Assembly: GCA_902490315.1 (NCBI GenBank)
Contig: CABUDK010000001.1
Coordinates: forward strand, 1,405 to 65,404
DNA from: an uncultured Porphyromonas sp.
Lineage (GTDB): Bacteria > Bacteroidota > Bacteroidia > Bacteroidales > Porphyromonadaceae
Length of the DNA stretch: 64,000 nt
Direction: 5' to 3'
Position 1 is the stretch's first letter, and the number at the start of each line of letters is the position of its first letter. Below, piece by piece: positions 22,397 to 33,477 of this stretch. Below the pieces are notes generated by a model. It was not told the origin of the DNA and made no database searches. It saw only the letters and a list, made by a program, of their open reading frames with translations. Made by a program: the position numbers and the translations under genes.

Positions 22397-23509
22397 ATGG
22401 TCACGATAGGAGATGTAGTTCGTACGGTAGAGACGTGCTATCCGCTGAGCTATCAGGAGAGCTACGATAACTCGGGTCTTCAGGTGGGCGATGTGACGCA
22501 GCCGCTGCGTGGCATCATGCTGGCTGTGGAGACGACCGAGGCGGTACTCGAAGAGTGCTTGCAGCGTGGGTGCAACCTGCTCATATCGCACCATCCGATT
22601 CTCTTTCGGGGGCTTAAGCGGATCACGCCCGCGACCTATCAGGAGCGTTGCGTGGCTTTTGCCTTGAGAAACAATATCGCTATCTACGCCTGTCACACTT
22701 CGGCAGACAATGAGACGACGCAGGGAGTGAATCACTATCTGGCCAACCTGATCGGTCTCAAGCGTGAGGGTAGGCGACCGATGATGCCTCAGCGGGGTCG
22801 CTTCTACAAGTTGCAGACCTTCATCCCGCACAGCCATGCCGACGCGCTACGCTCCGCTTATGAGGAGGCGGGCATTGGCTCGCTGGGTGGCTACACAGGT
22901 TGTAGCTACAGTTGCTCGGGGGTAGGGCGCTTCCGTCCAGGAGCTGAGACGCATCCGACCATTGGTACACATGGCGCCATGGAGGCGGTCGAGGAGGAGA
23001 TGATCTCCGTGCTCGTGCCGCAGGAGCGACTATCGCAAGCAGTGACGACGCTCGTAGCAACGCATCCCTATGAGGTGCCAGCTTATGAGGTGATCCCGAT
23101 CGTGATGGATCACCCGACGAGTGGGCTAGGGGTCATTGGCGAACTACCCAGTGCGCTGACACCGCAGGAGCTGCTAGAGCTTCTAGCTACGCTGCCAGCT
23201 GTGGAGCGTATTGCTTATTCGAATCCTCCCACGCAACCGATCCGTCGCATAGCACTCTGTGGCGGTAGTGGCGGTGGTCACGAGTTCATCGGTGAGGCTA
23301 TGCGCTCAGGCGCAGAGGTCTATATAACAGGCGAGGCAAAGTACAACGACTATCTCGACGTGCAGGGTCGTCTCTGGCTGATCACGCTAGGACACTTCGA
23401 GAGTGAGCACTGCACCCGCACGATGCTCTATGATGCATTGTCGGATAAATATCGTAACTTTGTCATCCATACGTCAGATGCTGACACCAATCCTATTCAC
23501 TATTTCTAA
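22397..23509 (+). CDS. Nif3-like dinuclear metal centre protein
   Basis: QESYDNSGLQVG, ISHHP, HT..D, HPYEVPA, GHFESE. Confidence 0.92.
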   Translation: MVTIGDVVRTVETCYPLSYQESYDNSGLQVGDVTQPLRGIMLAVETTEAVLEECLQRGCNLLISHHPILFRGLKRITPATYQERCVAFALRNNIAIYACHTSADNETTQGVNHYLANLIGLKREGRRPMMPQRGRFYKLQTFIPHSHADALRSAYEEAGIGSLGGYTGCSYSCSGVGRFRPGAETHPTIGTHGAMEAVEEEMISVLVPQERLSQAVTTLVATHPYEVPAYEVIPIVMDHPTSGLGVIGELPSALTPQELLELLATLPAVERIAYSNPPTQPIRRIALCGGSGGGHEFIGEAMRSGAEVYITGEAKYNDYLDVQGRLWLITLGHFESEHCTRTMLYDALSDKYRNFVIHTSDADTNPIHYF

Positions 23510-23521
23510 GCAATACCATCT

Positions 23522-24412
23522 ATGAGCATTAATACAACGACCCACGAAGTAGCCGAGCGTAGTATCAGGGAGAAGCTCATCGCCCTCAAGCGTCTACAGG
23601 AGACGCTAACCAGTATTGACAAGATCAAGCTATTACGAGGCGAGCTGCCCCAAGCTATCGAAGATCTGGCTGACGAAATCGAGGGACTGAAGACACGCTT
23701 AGAGAAGTACAACGCTGCTGCCAAGAAGCTCTCACAGTCAGTCAGTGGTGAGAATCAAAAGATCGCCACGGCAAATGATAAACTCGAGACACTTAAGGAG
23801 CAGCTCAATGCGGTGAGCAACAACCGCGAGTATGAGCATCTGTCGCGAGAGATCGAGTTCCAGGAGCTTGAGATACAGCTAGCGCAGAAGCATATTCGTG
23901 AGTTCAATGTGGAGCTACAAGGTCGCAAGGATGACATCGCCAAGCTCCAAGAGCGTATCAAGGAGCGTGAGGAGGATCATCAGGCTAAGAGTGAGGAGCT
24001 GGAGCAGATCATTGCCGAGACTCGCATCGAGGAGGAGGAGCTCCGTGATCGTGCCAACGAGCTGGAGGCGCAGATCGATGAGCGCATCCTCAAGGCGTTT
24101 CAACGTCTGCGCAAGGGCGCTACCAATGGACTGGCTGTCGTGCCTGTAGAGCGTGAGGCGTGCGGTGGGTGCTTTAACCATATCCCGCCACAGCGTCAGC
24201 TAGAGGTCAAGCTACACAACAAGGTCATCGTCTGCGAGTACTGCGGACGTGTACTCATCGACCCAGACATTGAGGAGGAGCCAGTAGAGGAGACGACCGA
24301 GGCAAAGGCCGACACAAAGAAGAAGGAGACCAAGAAGACTACCGCTACTAAGAAGACCGCCTCTAAGAGTACCAAGAAGGCTGACGCTAGCAAGGATAGC
24401 GAGGACAAGTAA
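23522..24412 (+). CDS. Coiled-coil protein with C4-type zinc ribbon (DUF164-like)
   Basis: Long coiled coil, CGGC...CEYCGR; K/T-rich tail. Confidence 0.9.
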   Translation: MSINTTTHEVAERSIREKLIALKRLQETLTSIDKIKLLRGELPQAIEDLADEIEGLKTRLEKYNAAAKKLSQSVSGENQKIATANDKLETLKEQLNAVSNNREYEHLSREIEFQELEIQLAQKHIREFNVELQGRKDDIAKLQERIKEREEDHQAKSEELEQIIAETRIEEEELRDRANELEAQIDERILKAFQRLRKGATNGLAVVPVEREACGGCFNHIPPQRQLEVKLHNKVIVCEYCGRVLIDPDIEEEPVEETTEAKADTKKKETKKTTATKKTASKSTKKADASKDSEDK

Positions 24413-24491
24413 ATCTCTTCCTTCCAGCGACGAGTCTTTTCGGACGGTTTGTCGCTCTTCTCTCCCTTTACGACATTCACTCCCTCGCACT

Positions 24492-25976
24492 GTGTCTCAG
24501 CGACGTACGCTACTCAATCATGCTTTGGTGCATCAGATGCGTCGCACGATCGAGCAGTATGAGCTGCTAGACCGAGACAGCGGGCGGGTGGTCATCATAG
24601 CCCTCAGCGGAGGTGCCGACTCGACGGCACTCCTGTGGGGGCTATCGCTTTTAGGGTACCGCTGTGTAGCGGCGCATTGCAACTTTCATCTGCGAGGAGA
24701 GGAGAGTGATCGTGACGAAGCGTTTGTCACAGAGCTTTGTGAGCAGCTTGGTGTGCTACTAGAGCGAGCCTCCTTTGATACTTACGGCTACGCAGCTACG
24801 CACAAGGGCGTGAGCGTAGAGATGGCAGCGCGTGAGCTGAGGTACGACTTCTTCGATGAACTATATGAACGGTACGATGCGCAGTGTATCGCACTTGGAC
24901 ATCATCTAGAGGACAATGTGGAGCAGCTCCTGATCAATCTCTCCCAAGGGGCGGGCGTACGAGGACTGCGGGGTATGCTTCCCAGCCGTGAGGAGGGCAA
25001 GTATATTCGTCCGCTCATAGACACACCGCCTCGACTTATCTATGACTTCTTGAGCATCGCTGGTCAGTCATTTGTGACTGACTCGACGAATGCCGACACA
25101 ACCATACGGCGCAACTTTGTCCGGCATACGTTGCGTCCGCTCTTTGACCAGCTCAATCCCTCCTTTGATCAGGCGGTCGCCTCGACGATTCACATCCTGC
25201 GTGACTTGGAGCAGCTGCAAGACTACTATATAAGGAGTACCCTTCCCGCAGACGCTAGTCAGCCGCTAGAGATCGCATGGCTTCGTCGGCAGATAGCGCC
25301 ACTCGCACTCCTACATGGACACTTCGCAGCAATCGACTGTGACCGCTTGGTGCTACAGCAGCTTCTGATGGACTGCACAAAGTCTGAGCGTGCCGACAGC
25401 TATGCTCGCTATGAGGGCCGCGGGGGCATCATCGAGCGTTATCGTGGCTATCTGATAGGCACGACCAGTGAGACCCTAGCGCGTCTGGCGCAGGCAATCA
25501 ACTTTTGCCTAAAGCTACCAACGATCGAGAGCTGGCAAGCGAAAGCTGTGCTGGATCACCCGCTAGGATCTATAACGATGGCGGTACACGACTGCTTAGA
25601 GACGCCACCGCCTGCGATTCGGACGCTCACTCCTTACAGCTATTTGGTCGACTACGACCAGCTGCTGGCAGCAATGCCTCAACTACAATTCAGAGCCTCT
25701 ACCGATGGCGAGCAATGGATCGTACCGCTTGGCATGAAAGGACGCAAACCTCTAGCGAAGCTCCTACGCGACGCTAAGGTGCTCCCCTCACGCAGAGCGT
25801 CTACGGTGCAACTCATCGACAACCATACGGGTGCCACGCTGTGGGTGGTCGGCGTGTGCCGCAGCGCTGACTACCAGCTCACTCCCCAAAGCCGCCGCTG
25901 GGCGCAGATCACCTTCTCCCCTACATTGGCAGATCCCTTTGCGAGGCGTACGGAGCCGCATACGGTAGCTCGTTAG
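24492..25976 (+). CDS. tilS: tRNA(Ile)-lysidine synthetase
   Basis: ALSGGADS PP-loop, HCNFHLRGEESDRDE, EMAARELRY, GHHLED, DSTN....RN..R. Confidence 0.93.
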   Translation: MSQRRTLLNHALVHQMRRTIEQYELLDRDSGRVVIIALSGGADSTALLWGLSLLGYRCVAAHCNFHLRGEESDRDEAFVTELCEQLGVLLERASFDTYGYAATHKGVSVEMAARELRYDFFDELYERYDAQCIALGHHLEDNVEQLLINLSQGAGVRGLRGMLPSREEGKYIRPLIDTPPRLIYDFLSIAGQSFVTDSTNADTTIRRNFVRHTLRPLFDQLNPSFDQAVASTIHILRDLEQLQDYYIRSTLPADASQPLEIAWLRRQIAPLALLHGHFAAIDCDRLVLQQLLMDCTKSERADSYARYEGRGGIIERYRGYLIGTTSETLARLAQAINFCLKLPTIESWQAKAVLDHPLGSITMAVHDCLETPPPAIRTLTPYSYLVDYDQLLAAMPQLQFRASTDGEQWIVPLGMKGRKPLAKLLRDAKVLPSRRASTVQLIDNHTGATLWVVGVCRSADYQLTPQSRRWAQITFSPTLADPFARRTEPHTVAR

Positions 25977-26019
25977 CCGTTTATTTTGTACTTTTACAGC
26001 TAGAATCGACTTATAAAGC

Positions 26020-27492
26020 ATGACGAAGACCTTTCCCATGATCGCCAAGACGCTCCCTGGGCTGGAGCCAGTACTGGAACAAGAATTGACAGCCCTCGGT
26101 GCGGACAATATACAGATAGGACGTCGCATGGTCTCTTACGAAGGAGATCTCAAGATGCTCTACAAGTCCAATCTGTACCTCCGCACAGCACTTAAGGTGC
26201 TGAGACCCATCTATGAGTTTGACGCGGAGGATATAGACATCCTCTACACGACGCTGCTAAACTTCGACTGGAGCCAATGGCTCACAGCCGATATGACCTT
26301 TGCGGTCGATGCCGTGGTTTACTCGTCGACCTTCAAGCATAGTCGCTACGTCGTCTATAAGACGAAAGACGCTATCGTCGATTACTTTAGAGAGCAAACG
26401 GGTGGCACCAAGCGACCCTCGGTCAAGCTCTCCAATCCGCAGCTGATCTTCCACCTACATATTGCTGAGCAGCATGTGACACTCTGTCTAGACTCTTCGG
26501 GCGAGAGCCTGCACAAGCGAGGCTATCGTATGGAGCAGGATCGTGCTCCTATCAATGAGGTGCTGGCAGCGGGTATCCTCCTCAAGGCGGGCTGGCACGG
26601 ACAGTGTGATCTGATGGATCCTTTCTGCGGGTCGGGCACCTTCCTCGTGGAGGCTGCGCTGATCGCTACGGGTACGCCTCCCGGCATCTACCGTGAGAGC
26701 TACCCCTTCGAGCGGTGGCCTGACTTCGACAGTGAGCTCTGCAGCGAGGTGTACAATGACGACTCGTCGGAGCGCTCCTTCGACTACCACATCTACGGCT
26801 CTGATCTCTCGCCTCAAGCCATTGCCAAGGCTAAGCGCAACGTCACCCGATCGGGTATGTCTCGCTACATAGATCTTTCTGTAGGCGACTTCGCAGATCA
26901 GCATCTGCCGCACCCCGAGGCGGAGACTGATCCTAAGTGTCTGCTGGTGATGAACCCACCCTACGGGGAGCGTCTCTCAGACTACGACCTCGAGCAGCTC
27001 TATAGTATGATCGGTCGTACGCTCAAGTTCCAGTTCGCCGGAGCTCAGGCGTGGATCATCGCTCATCAGGTAGAGCACTTTCACGCGATCGGGCTCAAGC
27101 ACGATCTGCGCGAGGAGCTGTACAATGGATCGCTGCCTTGCGAGTTGCGTGGCTATACGCTCTTCGAGGGTAAGCATAAGGAGTACAAAGAGCAGATCGC
27201 TCAGCGTGAAGAAACTCCACAGCGGAGAGAGCGTGGCGAAGCGTTTCACCGTGGTAAAGGGCAAGAACCCCGCAGACATCGGGCAGCCTACCATAAACCT
27301 GCTTACAGTAAGGGGCGCGGCAATGGCAAACCTTACGAAAAGCCTTACGACAAGTCCGCACATCGTGGCACACAGCGTACGAAAGGACCACACCCCGCTG
27401 GCTCCTCTAGTTCGGGTTACAAGGCCAATATCCAAACCTTCGGCAGCGATGAGACGTTTGTCCATGAAGCTGAAGTAAAAGACAACGAATAA
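26020..27492 (+). CDS. THUMP-domain RNA methyltransferase (RlmL-like)
   Basis: LDSSGESLHKRGYR, DPFCGSGT, NPPYGERL. Confidence 0.9.
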   Translation: MTKTFPMIAKTLPGLEPVLEQELTALGADNIQIGRRMVSYEGDLKMLYKSNLYLRTALKVLRPIYEFDAEDIDILYTTLLNFDWSQWLTADMTFAVDAVVYSSTFKHSRYVVYKTKDAIVDYFREQTGGTKRPSVKLSNPQLIFHLHIAEQHVTLCLDSSGESLHKRGYRMEQDRAPINEVLAAGILLKAGWHGQCDLMDPFCGSGTFLVEAALIATGTPPGIYRESYPFERWPDFDSELCSEVYNDDSSERSFDYHIYGSDLSPQAIAKAKRNVTRSGMSRYIDLSVGDFADQHLPHPEAETDPKCLLVMNPPYGERLSDYDLEQLYSMIGRTLKFQFAGAQAWIIAHQVEHFHAIGLKHDLREELYNGSLPCELRGYTLFEGKHKEYKEQIAQREETPQRRERGEAFHRGKGQEPRRHRAAYHKPAYSKGRGNGKPYEKPYDKSAHRGTQRTKGPHPAGSSSSGYKANIQTFGSDETFVHEAEVKDNE

Positions 27493-27520
27493 GTAACACC
27501 TATCACTCCATACTGATCCT

Positions 27521-29737
27521 ATGAATAGCACACTGCGTCACTACGCCTTATGGCTCTTCGGAGCTCTTACGCTCACGCTCACAACGGTCCTGCAGGGACA
27601 GACGAAGCAGCCGTTAGACCTTGAGACTGTCACATCTGGTGGTAAGAAGTTTATCTCAGACTTCTACCCGCAGCCCGTCTATGGTCTCACCTGGCTACAG
27701 AGTGGCTACACCTATACAGTTGCGGGTGGTGACTACAAGAGCCTGCGGGTCTACAGTCCAACGAGAGCACAGGAGCAGACCATCCTCACGCAGGACGAGC
27801 TCGTTCAGCTCCTCAAGCCTTACGATAATACAGACGAGCTCTATCCGCTGATCGCTTACGACTTCACCCCACAATGCCACTACCTAGAGGTGGAACTGCC
27901 CAAGGGACTCTACCTAATAGATGTAGAGCAAAAGCAGATCGTCGGATACTTCGCCACAGGTAAGATCGAAAAGCGCGCCTCGCTACTCAGTCCTAACGAA
28001 CGCAACCTAGCAGTCAAGAGCGAAGAGGGTACGCTCCAGATCTACACCATACAGCCCGCAGGCAGTACGCCTCAGGCTCCTCTGCTGGTCGCTACGGACG
28101 AGGCTGAGGCTGCAGTCGTCTATGGCGAGTCTGTTCACCAGAACGAATTCGGCATCGATGGGGGGCTCTTCTGGAGTCCCGACAGTCGTCAGCTAGCTTT
28201 CTACCGTATGGATCAGTCGATGGTCGCACCTTACCCGATCGTCGATATGACACCGCACAAGGCGGTTGTCCAGCCCGTTCGCTACCCGATGGCGGGTACT
28301 CCTTCGCACCATGTGACGCTAGGAGTTTTCCATGTCGAGAGTCAGCAGACCACTTACCTAGCTACAGGTGGTGACCCTGAGCATTACTTGACAAACGTGG
28401 CGTGGCACCCCAACAGCAAGAAGGTTTACATAGCCGAGCTGAATAGAGGGCAAGACCATCTCTTCCTCAACGGTTACGATGCTCAGACGGGATCACATGT
28501 CGAGACGCTCTTTGAGGAGACTGATGCGCACTATGTCGAGCCACAGCGCCCGATGATGTTTGTCCCAGGGAGCAAAGGCGAGCAGTTCGTCTGGGAGTCC
28601 CGTCGTGAGGGTTATCGCCAGCTTTACCTCTATAGTAGCACAGGCAAGCTGATCCGCAAGCTTACCGACATGGAGGGCGAGGTGACCGACATTTACGGCT
28701 TCGACCCCAAGGGCGAGCGCATATACTATCAGGCTGCGTACCCCTCACCGCTCGAGCGACACATCTTCGCGAGCGACCTCAAGCGAGGACGTACCATACA
28801 GCTGAGCAAGGTAGCCGGAACGCACGAAGCGATCTTTAGTCCCGATAAGCAGTACTATATAGACCAGCTGCAGAGTGCTACCATCGCACGCTCTGTCATG
28901 CTTCACGACAATAACGGGCTGCAGCTCCGCCAGATACATCAAGCTCCTGATCCGTGGGTTAAGCTTGATATGCCCAACATCACCACTGGCACGCTCCTAG
29001 CGGCTGATGGTAAGACCGAGCTTTACTACCGTCTCATCACGCCGTCTAACTTTGACGAGATGAAGGAGTATCCTGCCATCGTCTACGTCTATGGTGGTCC
29101 ACATGCTCAGCTAGTCACCAACACGCCACAGTGGGGTGCCTCGGGCTGGGATCTTTACATGGCACAGCAAGGGTACATCATCTTTACGGTCGACAATCGT
29201 GGTAGTGCCCAGCGAGGTGCCGCCTTCGAGCAGGTCATCCATCGTCAGGTCGGTACAGCCGAGATGGCCGATCAGATGAAGGGTGTCGAGTATCTCAAGA
29301 GCCTGCCCTATGTAGATCGCAACCGCATCGGCGTGTACGGGTGGAGCTTCGGAGGCTTTATGACTACCAACCTGATGCTCACGCACCCCGAGACCTTTAA
29401 GGTGGGTGTCGCTGGCGGTCCCGTCATGGACTGGTCTCGCTACGAGATCATGTATGGCGAGCGGTACAACGACGCTCCTCAGGACAATGCCGAGGGTTAT
29501 CAGCAAAACAATCTCATCGAGCGTGCCAAAGACCTCAAGGGGCGTCTCCTCCTCATCCACGGCACCTCCGACAATGTGGTCGTATGGCAGCATGCGCAAG
29601 CCTTTGTCAAGGCGTGCGTAGATGCTAAGACCTATCCCGACCTCTACTACTATCCAGGGCACAAGCACAACGTCATCGGCCCCGACCGCGTGCACCTCAA
29701 TTACGTCATAACCCGTTACTTCCTCGAACACCTATGA
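27521..29737 (+). CDS. ptpA: S9B peptidase, prolyl tripeptidyl peptidase-like
   Basis: DPP IV-type propeller; GWSFGGFMTTNLMLTH..FKVGVAGGPV.DW; IHG..D.VV, H.HNV. Confidence 0.8.
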   Translation: MNSTLRHYALWLFGALTLTLTTVLQGQTKQPLDLETVTSGGKKFISDFYPQPVYGLTWLQSGYTYTVAGGDYKSLRVYSPTRAQEQTILTQDELVQLLKPYDNTDELYPLIAYDFTPQCHYLEVELPKGLYLIDVEQKQIVGYFATGKIEKRASLLSPNERNLAVKSEEGTLQIYTIQPAGSTPQAPLLVATDEAEAAVVYGESVHQNEFGIDGGLFWSPDSRQLAFYRMDQSMVAPYPIVDMTPHKAVVQPVRYPMAGTPSHHVTLGVFHVESQQTTYLATGGDPEHYLTNVAWHPNSKKVYIAELNRGQDHLFLNGYDAQTGSHVETLFEETDAHYVEPQRPMMFVPGSKGEQFVWESRREGYRQLYLYSSTGKLIRKLTDMEGEVTDIYGFDPKGERIYYQAAYPSPLERHIFASDLKRGRTIQLSKVAGTHEAIFSPDKQYYIDQLQSATIARSVMLHDNNGLQLRQIHQAPDPWVKLDMPNITTGTLLAADGKTELYYRLITPSNFDEMKEYPAIVYVYGGPHAQLVTNTPQWGASGWDLYMAQQGYIIFTVDNRGSAQRGAAFEQVIHRQVGTAEMADQMKGVEYLKSLPYVDRNRIGVYGWSFGGFMTTNLMLTHPETFKVGVAGGPVMDWSRYEIMYGERYNDAPQDNAEGYQQNNLIERAKDLKGRLLLIHGTSDNVVVWQHAQAFVKACVDAKTYPDLYYYPGHKHNVIGPDRVHLNYVITRYFLEHL

Positions 29738-31107
29738 GCCTTATCTATCCTAACACAAAGCAAGACGAGAAGAAGTCTACAGACGCTGAATTTATGAAGT
29801 ACGCTAAGATCGAAATGGTAAAAGCTCCTCAGACCGTCCTCCTCCTCGGGAGCGGGGGCCGTGAGTGCGCCATGGCGGCTGCCATAGCTGAGAGCAAGCT
29901 ACTCAGGAAGCTCTACATAGCTCCAGGCAATGCGGGTACTGCTGCTTATGGCACCAACGTCTCAGACCTCAACCCCGCCAAGCATGAGGCGGTGAGTGAG
30001 TTCATCTCCACCCACGGGGTCACGCTCCTCGTCTGTGGTCCCGAGGCTCCGCTCGTCGATGGGCTCGTCGACTACCTGCAGGAAGATGCTCGCCATCCCG
30101 ACCTGCTCATCGTTGGCCCCGACAAGGCGGGCGCTCATCTCGAGGGTAGCAAGGAGTACAGCAAGGAGTTCATGCGTCGTCACAGCATCCCGACGGCCAG
30201 CTACGAGACCTTCGGACCTCAGGATATAGAGGAGGCGGAGGAGTTTCTCGATCAGCTCTCTGCTCCCTTTGTCCTCAAGGCTGACGGCCTAGCTGCTGGC
30301 AAGGGTGTCCTCATCTGCCAAGATCGTAAAGAAGCGGAGGAGGGGCTAGGCCAACTCTTCAGCGGTATGTTTGGAAGTCGTGGTCAGCGCATCGTCATCG
30401 AGGAGTTTCTCGAGGGTATCGAGTGCTCCGTCTTTGTTGCTACCGATGGAACCGACTACTGCGTCCTACCCGTTGCCAAGGACTACAAGCGTGTCGGCGA
30501 TGGAGACACAGGACCCAATACGGGCGGTATGGGTGCCGTTAGCCCTGTACCTTTTGCCGATGAAACCTTCATGCAGCGTGTCGAGGAGCGCATCATACGC
30601 CCTACGCTAGAGGGCTTGCAAGAGGAGGGCATACAGTATGTAGGCTTCCTCTTCATCGGACTGATGAATGTAGCGGGCGATCCCTACGTCATCGAGTACA
30701 ACTGCCGTCTAGGCGATCCCGAGACCGAGGTGGTACTGCCGCGCATCGAGAGTGACTTCCTCGAGTTACTCATTGCTATGGCGACGGGTCAGGTAGCGGG
30801 CTACGATCTAAAGGTCTCTCCCGAGGTGGCTATGACACTCGTCCTTGTCTCCAAAGGGTATCCAGGGCATTACGACAAGGGCTTCCCGATCCAGCTTCCC
30901 GATCCAGCTGAGGGTATACGTATCTATCACTCAGGTACGGCGCTTGACGAAGAGGGACATGTGGTGACCAATGGAGGACGCGTCCTCGCTATCACGGCAC
31001 GTGGCACCACCATTCGGGAAGCTCAAGAGGCGTGCTACCGCACCGCCACGCAGACACTCTACGAAGGTAAGAATTACCGCCACGACATCGGCAACGATCT
31101 CTTGTAG
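29734..31107 (+). CDS. purD: Phosphoribosylamine-glycine ligase
   Basis: GSGGRE, KADGLAAGKGV, GPNTGGMG, EYNCRLGDPE, TNGGRVL; true start may be downstream. Confidence 0.95.
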   Translation: MSLIYPNTKQDEKKSTDAEFMKYAKIEMVKAPQTVLLLGSGGRECAMAAAIAESKLLRKLYIAPGNAGTAAYGTNVSDLNPAKHEAVSEFISTHGVTLLVCGPEAPLVDGLVDYLQEDARHPDLLIVGPDKAGAHLEGSKEYSKEFMRRHSIPTASYETFGPQDIEEAEEFLDQLSAPFVLKADGLAAGKGVLICQDRKEAEEGLGQLFSGMFGSRGQRIVIEEFLEGIECSVFVATDGTDYCVLPVAKDYKRVGDGDTGPNTGGMGAVSPVPFADETFMQRVEERIIRPTLEGLQEEGIQYVGFLFIGLMNVAGDPYVIEYNCRLGDPETEVVLPRIESDFLELLIAMATGQVAGYDLKVSPEVAMTLVLVSKGYPGHYDKGFPIQLPDPAEGIRIYHSGTALDEEGHVVTNGGRVLAITARGTTIREAQEACYRTATQTLYEGKNYRHDIGNDLL

Positions 31108-31143
31108 AGCCACGCACATAAGTCAGTAACTTCAAAAATGACA

Positions 31144-31183
31144 AAGGGGGAGTAGGGCTAAGTCCTGCTCCCCCCTTATTATT
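31144..31183 (+). terminator. Intrinsic terminator after purD
   Basis: aagggggagtagg...cctgctccccctt stem followed by a T-rich tract. Confidence 0.75.
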
Positions 31184-31289
31184 GATTTGCTTGTATAGAG
31201 GTTTCAAGCAGAAAATAGAAGAAATGGGACTCGCCGTGATTGGGTCTCTAGGCTCATGCGCTCATCGGATAGAAAAGGGTTCGAAAAAG

Positions 31290-31500
31290 GTCCCTCTGCG
31301 GAATGTTTTCGTTTCCACGGAGGAAATTTCCAATAGCTCGCTGGAAAAAGAAAATTCTCCACGGAGGCAAGGGAAATTTCTTCGGAAGAATCAAACGATA
31401 CTTCGGAAGAATGAAATGATAAGTCCGAAGAATTTTTTTGTTCCTCGCTAGAAAATCGAAAATCCCCACGGAAGAATTTAGAGATTTCTTCGTGGGGATT
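31290..31500 (+). repeat. Dispersed phased-palindrome element, copy 4
   Basis: Closely similar to copy 2 (atagctcgctggaaa...ttctccacggaggc...ttcttcggaagaatcaaacgatacttcggaagaa); boundaries approximate. Confidence 0.85.
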
Positions 31501-31605
31501 GATATTTAGAGGGAAGGTGTAGTTTGTTCCTAGGGAGTCTAGTCGAGTCGAGTAGAGTAGTTTAGACGAACTCTCCACGACTCGTTTTTGCTGTAAAAGC
31601 TTAGG

Positions 31606-32445
31606 CTAGAGGAGGAGTAGGCTGATAGCCATAAATGCCATGCCTCCGATCAGCCCGTAGAGAGCTGTGTGATGGTGCCCAAACCGCTCTGCAGCGGGGA
31701 GAAGCTCGTCAAAGGAGATGTAGACCATAATCCCTGCGATGATTGCAAAGCAACAACCCAGCACCGTCGGAGAGAGGAAAGGACGCAAGAGCAAGAAGCC
31801 TATCAGCCCCCCGATAGGCTCGGCTAGTCCTGAGGAAAGTGATAGGAAGAAGGCTTTGCGTTTGTTTCCCGTAGCATGGTAGATAGGTATAGCTACCGCG
31901 ATACCCTCAGGGATATTGTGCAGTGCGATAGCAATAGCGATCGGCAGAGCCAGCGAGAGGTCAGTCAGCGCAGACATAAAGGTGACCATACCCTCGGGAA
32001 AGTTGTGGATAGCTAGGACTATAGCGGTGACCATGCCCGTACGTAACAGGCTTTGCTGGTGCGCTGTGGTCGTAATGGGAGACTCTTTTTGAAGGCTTCG
32101 CACGGCATTCTGGTCTGGCAGTTCGTGTGGGTTTTCCGCCTCAGGAATTAGTCTGTCAATGACACCAATCAGAGCTACACCCGCAAAGAAGGCTAACGTA
32201 GTATAGAGTGTCGCCAGTCGTTCGCCGTAGATCGGAGTCATAGTTGTCTCCGCAGATCGAAAGAGCTCGACAAAAGAGACATAGACCATCACGCCTGCTG
32301 AGAAGCCCAGCGAGACCGATAGGAAGATGCGATTGGTGCGCTTGGTAAAGAAGATCAGAGCGCTCCCGATACCTGTAGAGAGACCAGCCCAAAGGGTGAT
32401 CAGAAAGGCATAGAAGACCTGTGTACTACTCGTATCTAGGAGCAT
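31606..32445 (-). CDS. zupT: ZIP family zinc transporter ZupT
   Basis: AGLSTGIG, SAGVMVYVSFVE, HNFPEG, HNIPEG, DELLP. Confidence 0.93.
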   Translation of the reverse strand: MLLDTSSTQVFYAFLITLWAGLSTGIGSALIFFTKRTNRIFLSVSLGFSAGVMVYVSFVELFRSAETTMTPIYGERLATLYTTLAFFAGVALIGVIDRLIPEAENPHELPDQNAVRSLQKESPITTTAHQQSLLRTGMVTAIVLAIHNFPEGMVTFMSALTDLSLALPIAIAIALHNIPEGIAVAIPIYHATGNKRKAFFLSLSSGLAEPIGGLIGFLLLRPFLSPTVLGCCFAIIAGIMVYISFDELLPAAERFGHHHTALYGLIGGMAFMAISLLLL

Positions 32446-32465
32446 AGGCGTCTAGAGAGTGTGTG

Positions 32466-33392
32466 CTAGAACCAGTGAATGCGCTTGAAGAGCCAGAAAG
32501 CGATCGCCGAGAAGATCAAGCAGACCACCATGATGCCTATAAAGGCCAACGGGTGCTCAGCCCATGGCAGATCGACGTTCATACCATACAGTGAGGCGAC
32601 CAACGTAGGGAGCATCAGGATCATTGAGATACTGGTCATGCGGCGCATGATCGTATTGATATTGTTGTTGATGATCCCCCCGAAGGCATCCATCGTTCCG
32701 TTCATTACATCGCTGTACACATTGACCATGTTGTACGCCTGGTTGAGCTCGATCGTTACGTCCTCCGCTAGGTCGGTGTCGTACTGCTCATAGTGGCTCA
32801 CCTTAAAGCGTCCGATGACCGACTCATTGCCTCGGATGGAGGTGTTGAAGTAGACCAAGCACTTCTGCAAGCGCATCATCCGTAGGAGGTCTTCGTTGCG
32901 AATGCTTTTCTCCAGTGCCTCCTCGGTCTCTAGGATCAGGAAGCTAATCTGCTTCAAGTACTTGAGGAACCATACGGCCGAGCTCATGATGAGCCGGAGG
33001 ATAAAGTCTATATCCGTGTCAACCGAGATCCCCTTGCGCTGATTGTGCTGGATGAAGTCTGGCATGAGGTCCGTGCGGTGGTAGCAGATAGTGACGATGA
33101 GCTGCTTCTCTAGATGCGATATGATACCGACGGGGACCGTGTTGTAAGGGGTCGTGCCCTCAGGTGTCTCGATCGGAATACGTATGATGGTGAGTCGCCA
33201 GCCATCCTCCTCCTCCGTACGAGGGCGCTCATCGCTATCCGCTGTATCTCCGATGAAGCCGTCGGGGATGCCCAGTTCGTCGCAGAGGTAGTCTATATCC
33301 TCCGAGGTGGGCTGCACCACCTTGACCCACGTGTGTGGCTCTAGGGTGTCGACTTGAGTAAACTGCTGCTTGGGTAGGTAAAACTTCCGCAT
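32466..33392 (-). CDS. corA: CorA family Mg2+ transporter
   Basis: YGMNV signature between two C-terminal TM helices. Confidence 0.93.
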   Translation of the reverse strand: MRKFYLPKQQFTQVDTLEPHTWVKVVQPTSEDIDYLCDELGIPDGFIGDTADSDERPRTEEEDGWRLTIIRIPIETPEGTTPYNTVPVGIISHLEKQLIVTICYHRTDLMPDFIQHNQRKGISVDTDIDFILRLIMSSAVWFLKYLKQISFLILETEEALEKSIRNEDLLRMMRLQKCLVYFNTSIRGNESVIGRFKVSHYEQYDTDLAEDVTIELNQAYNMVNVYSDVMNGTMDAFGGIINNNINTIMRRMTSISMILMLPTLVASLYGMNVDLPWAEHPLAFIGIMVVCLIFSAIAFWLFKRIHWF

Positions 33393-33477
33393 AATATCTA
33401 TGGCTCTTAAGGGGTAATTGGTAGGGGGTGAAACTTAAGAGACCTCCTGCTCCTATGCGGCACCTAGTCAAGTAGAT

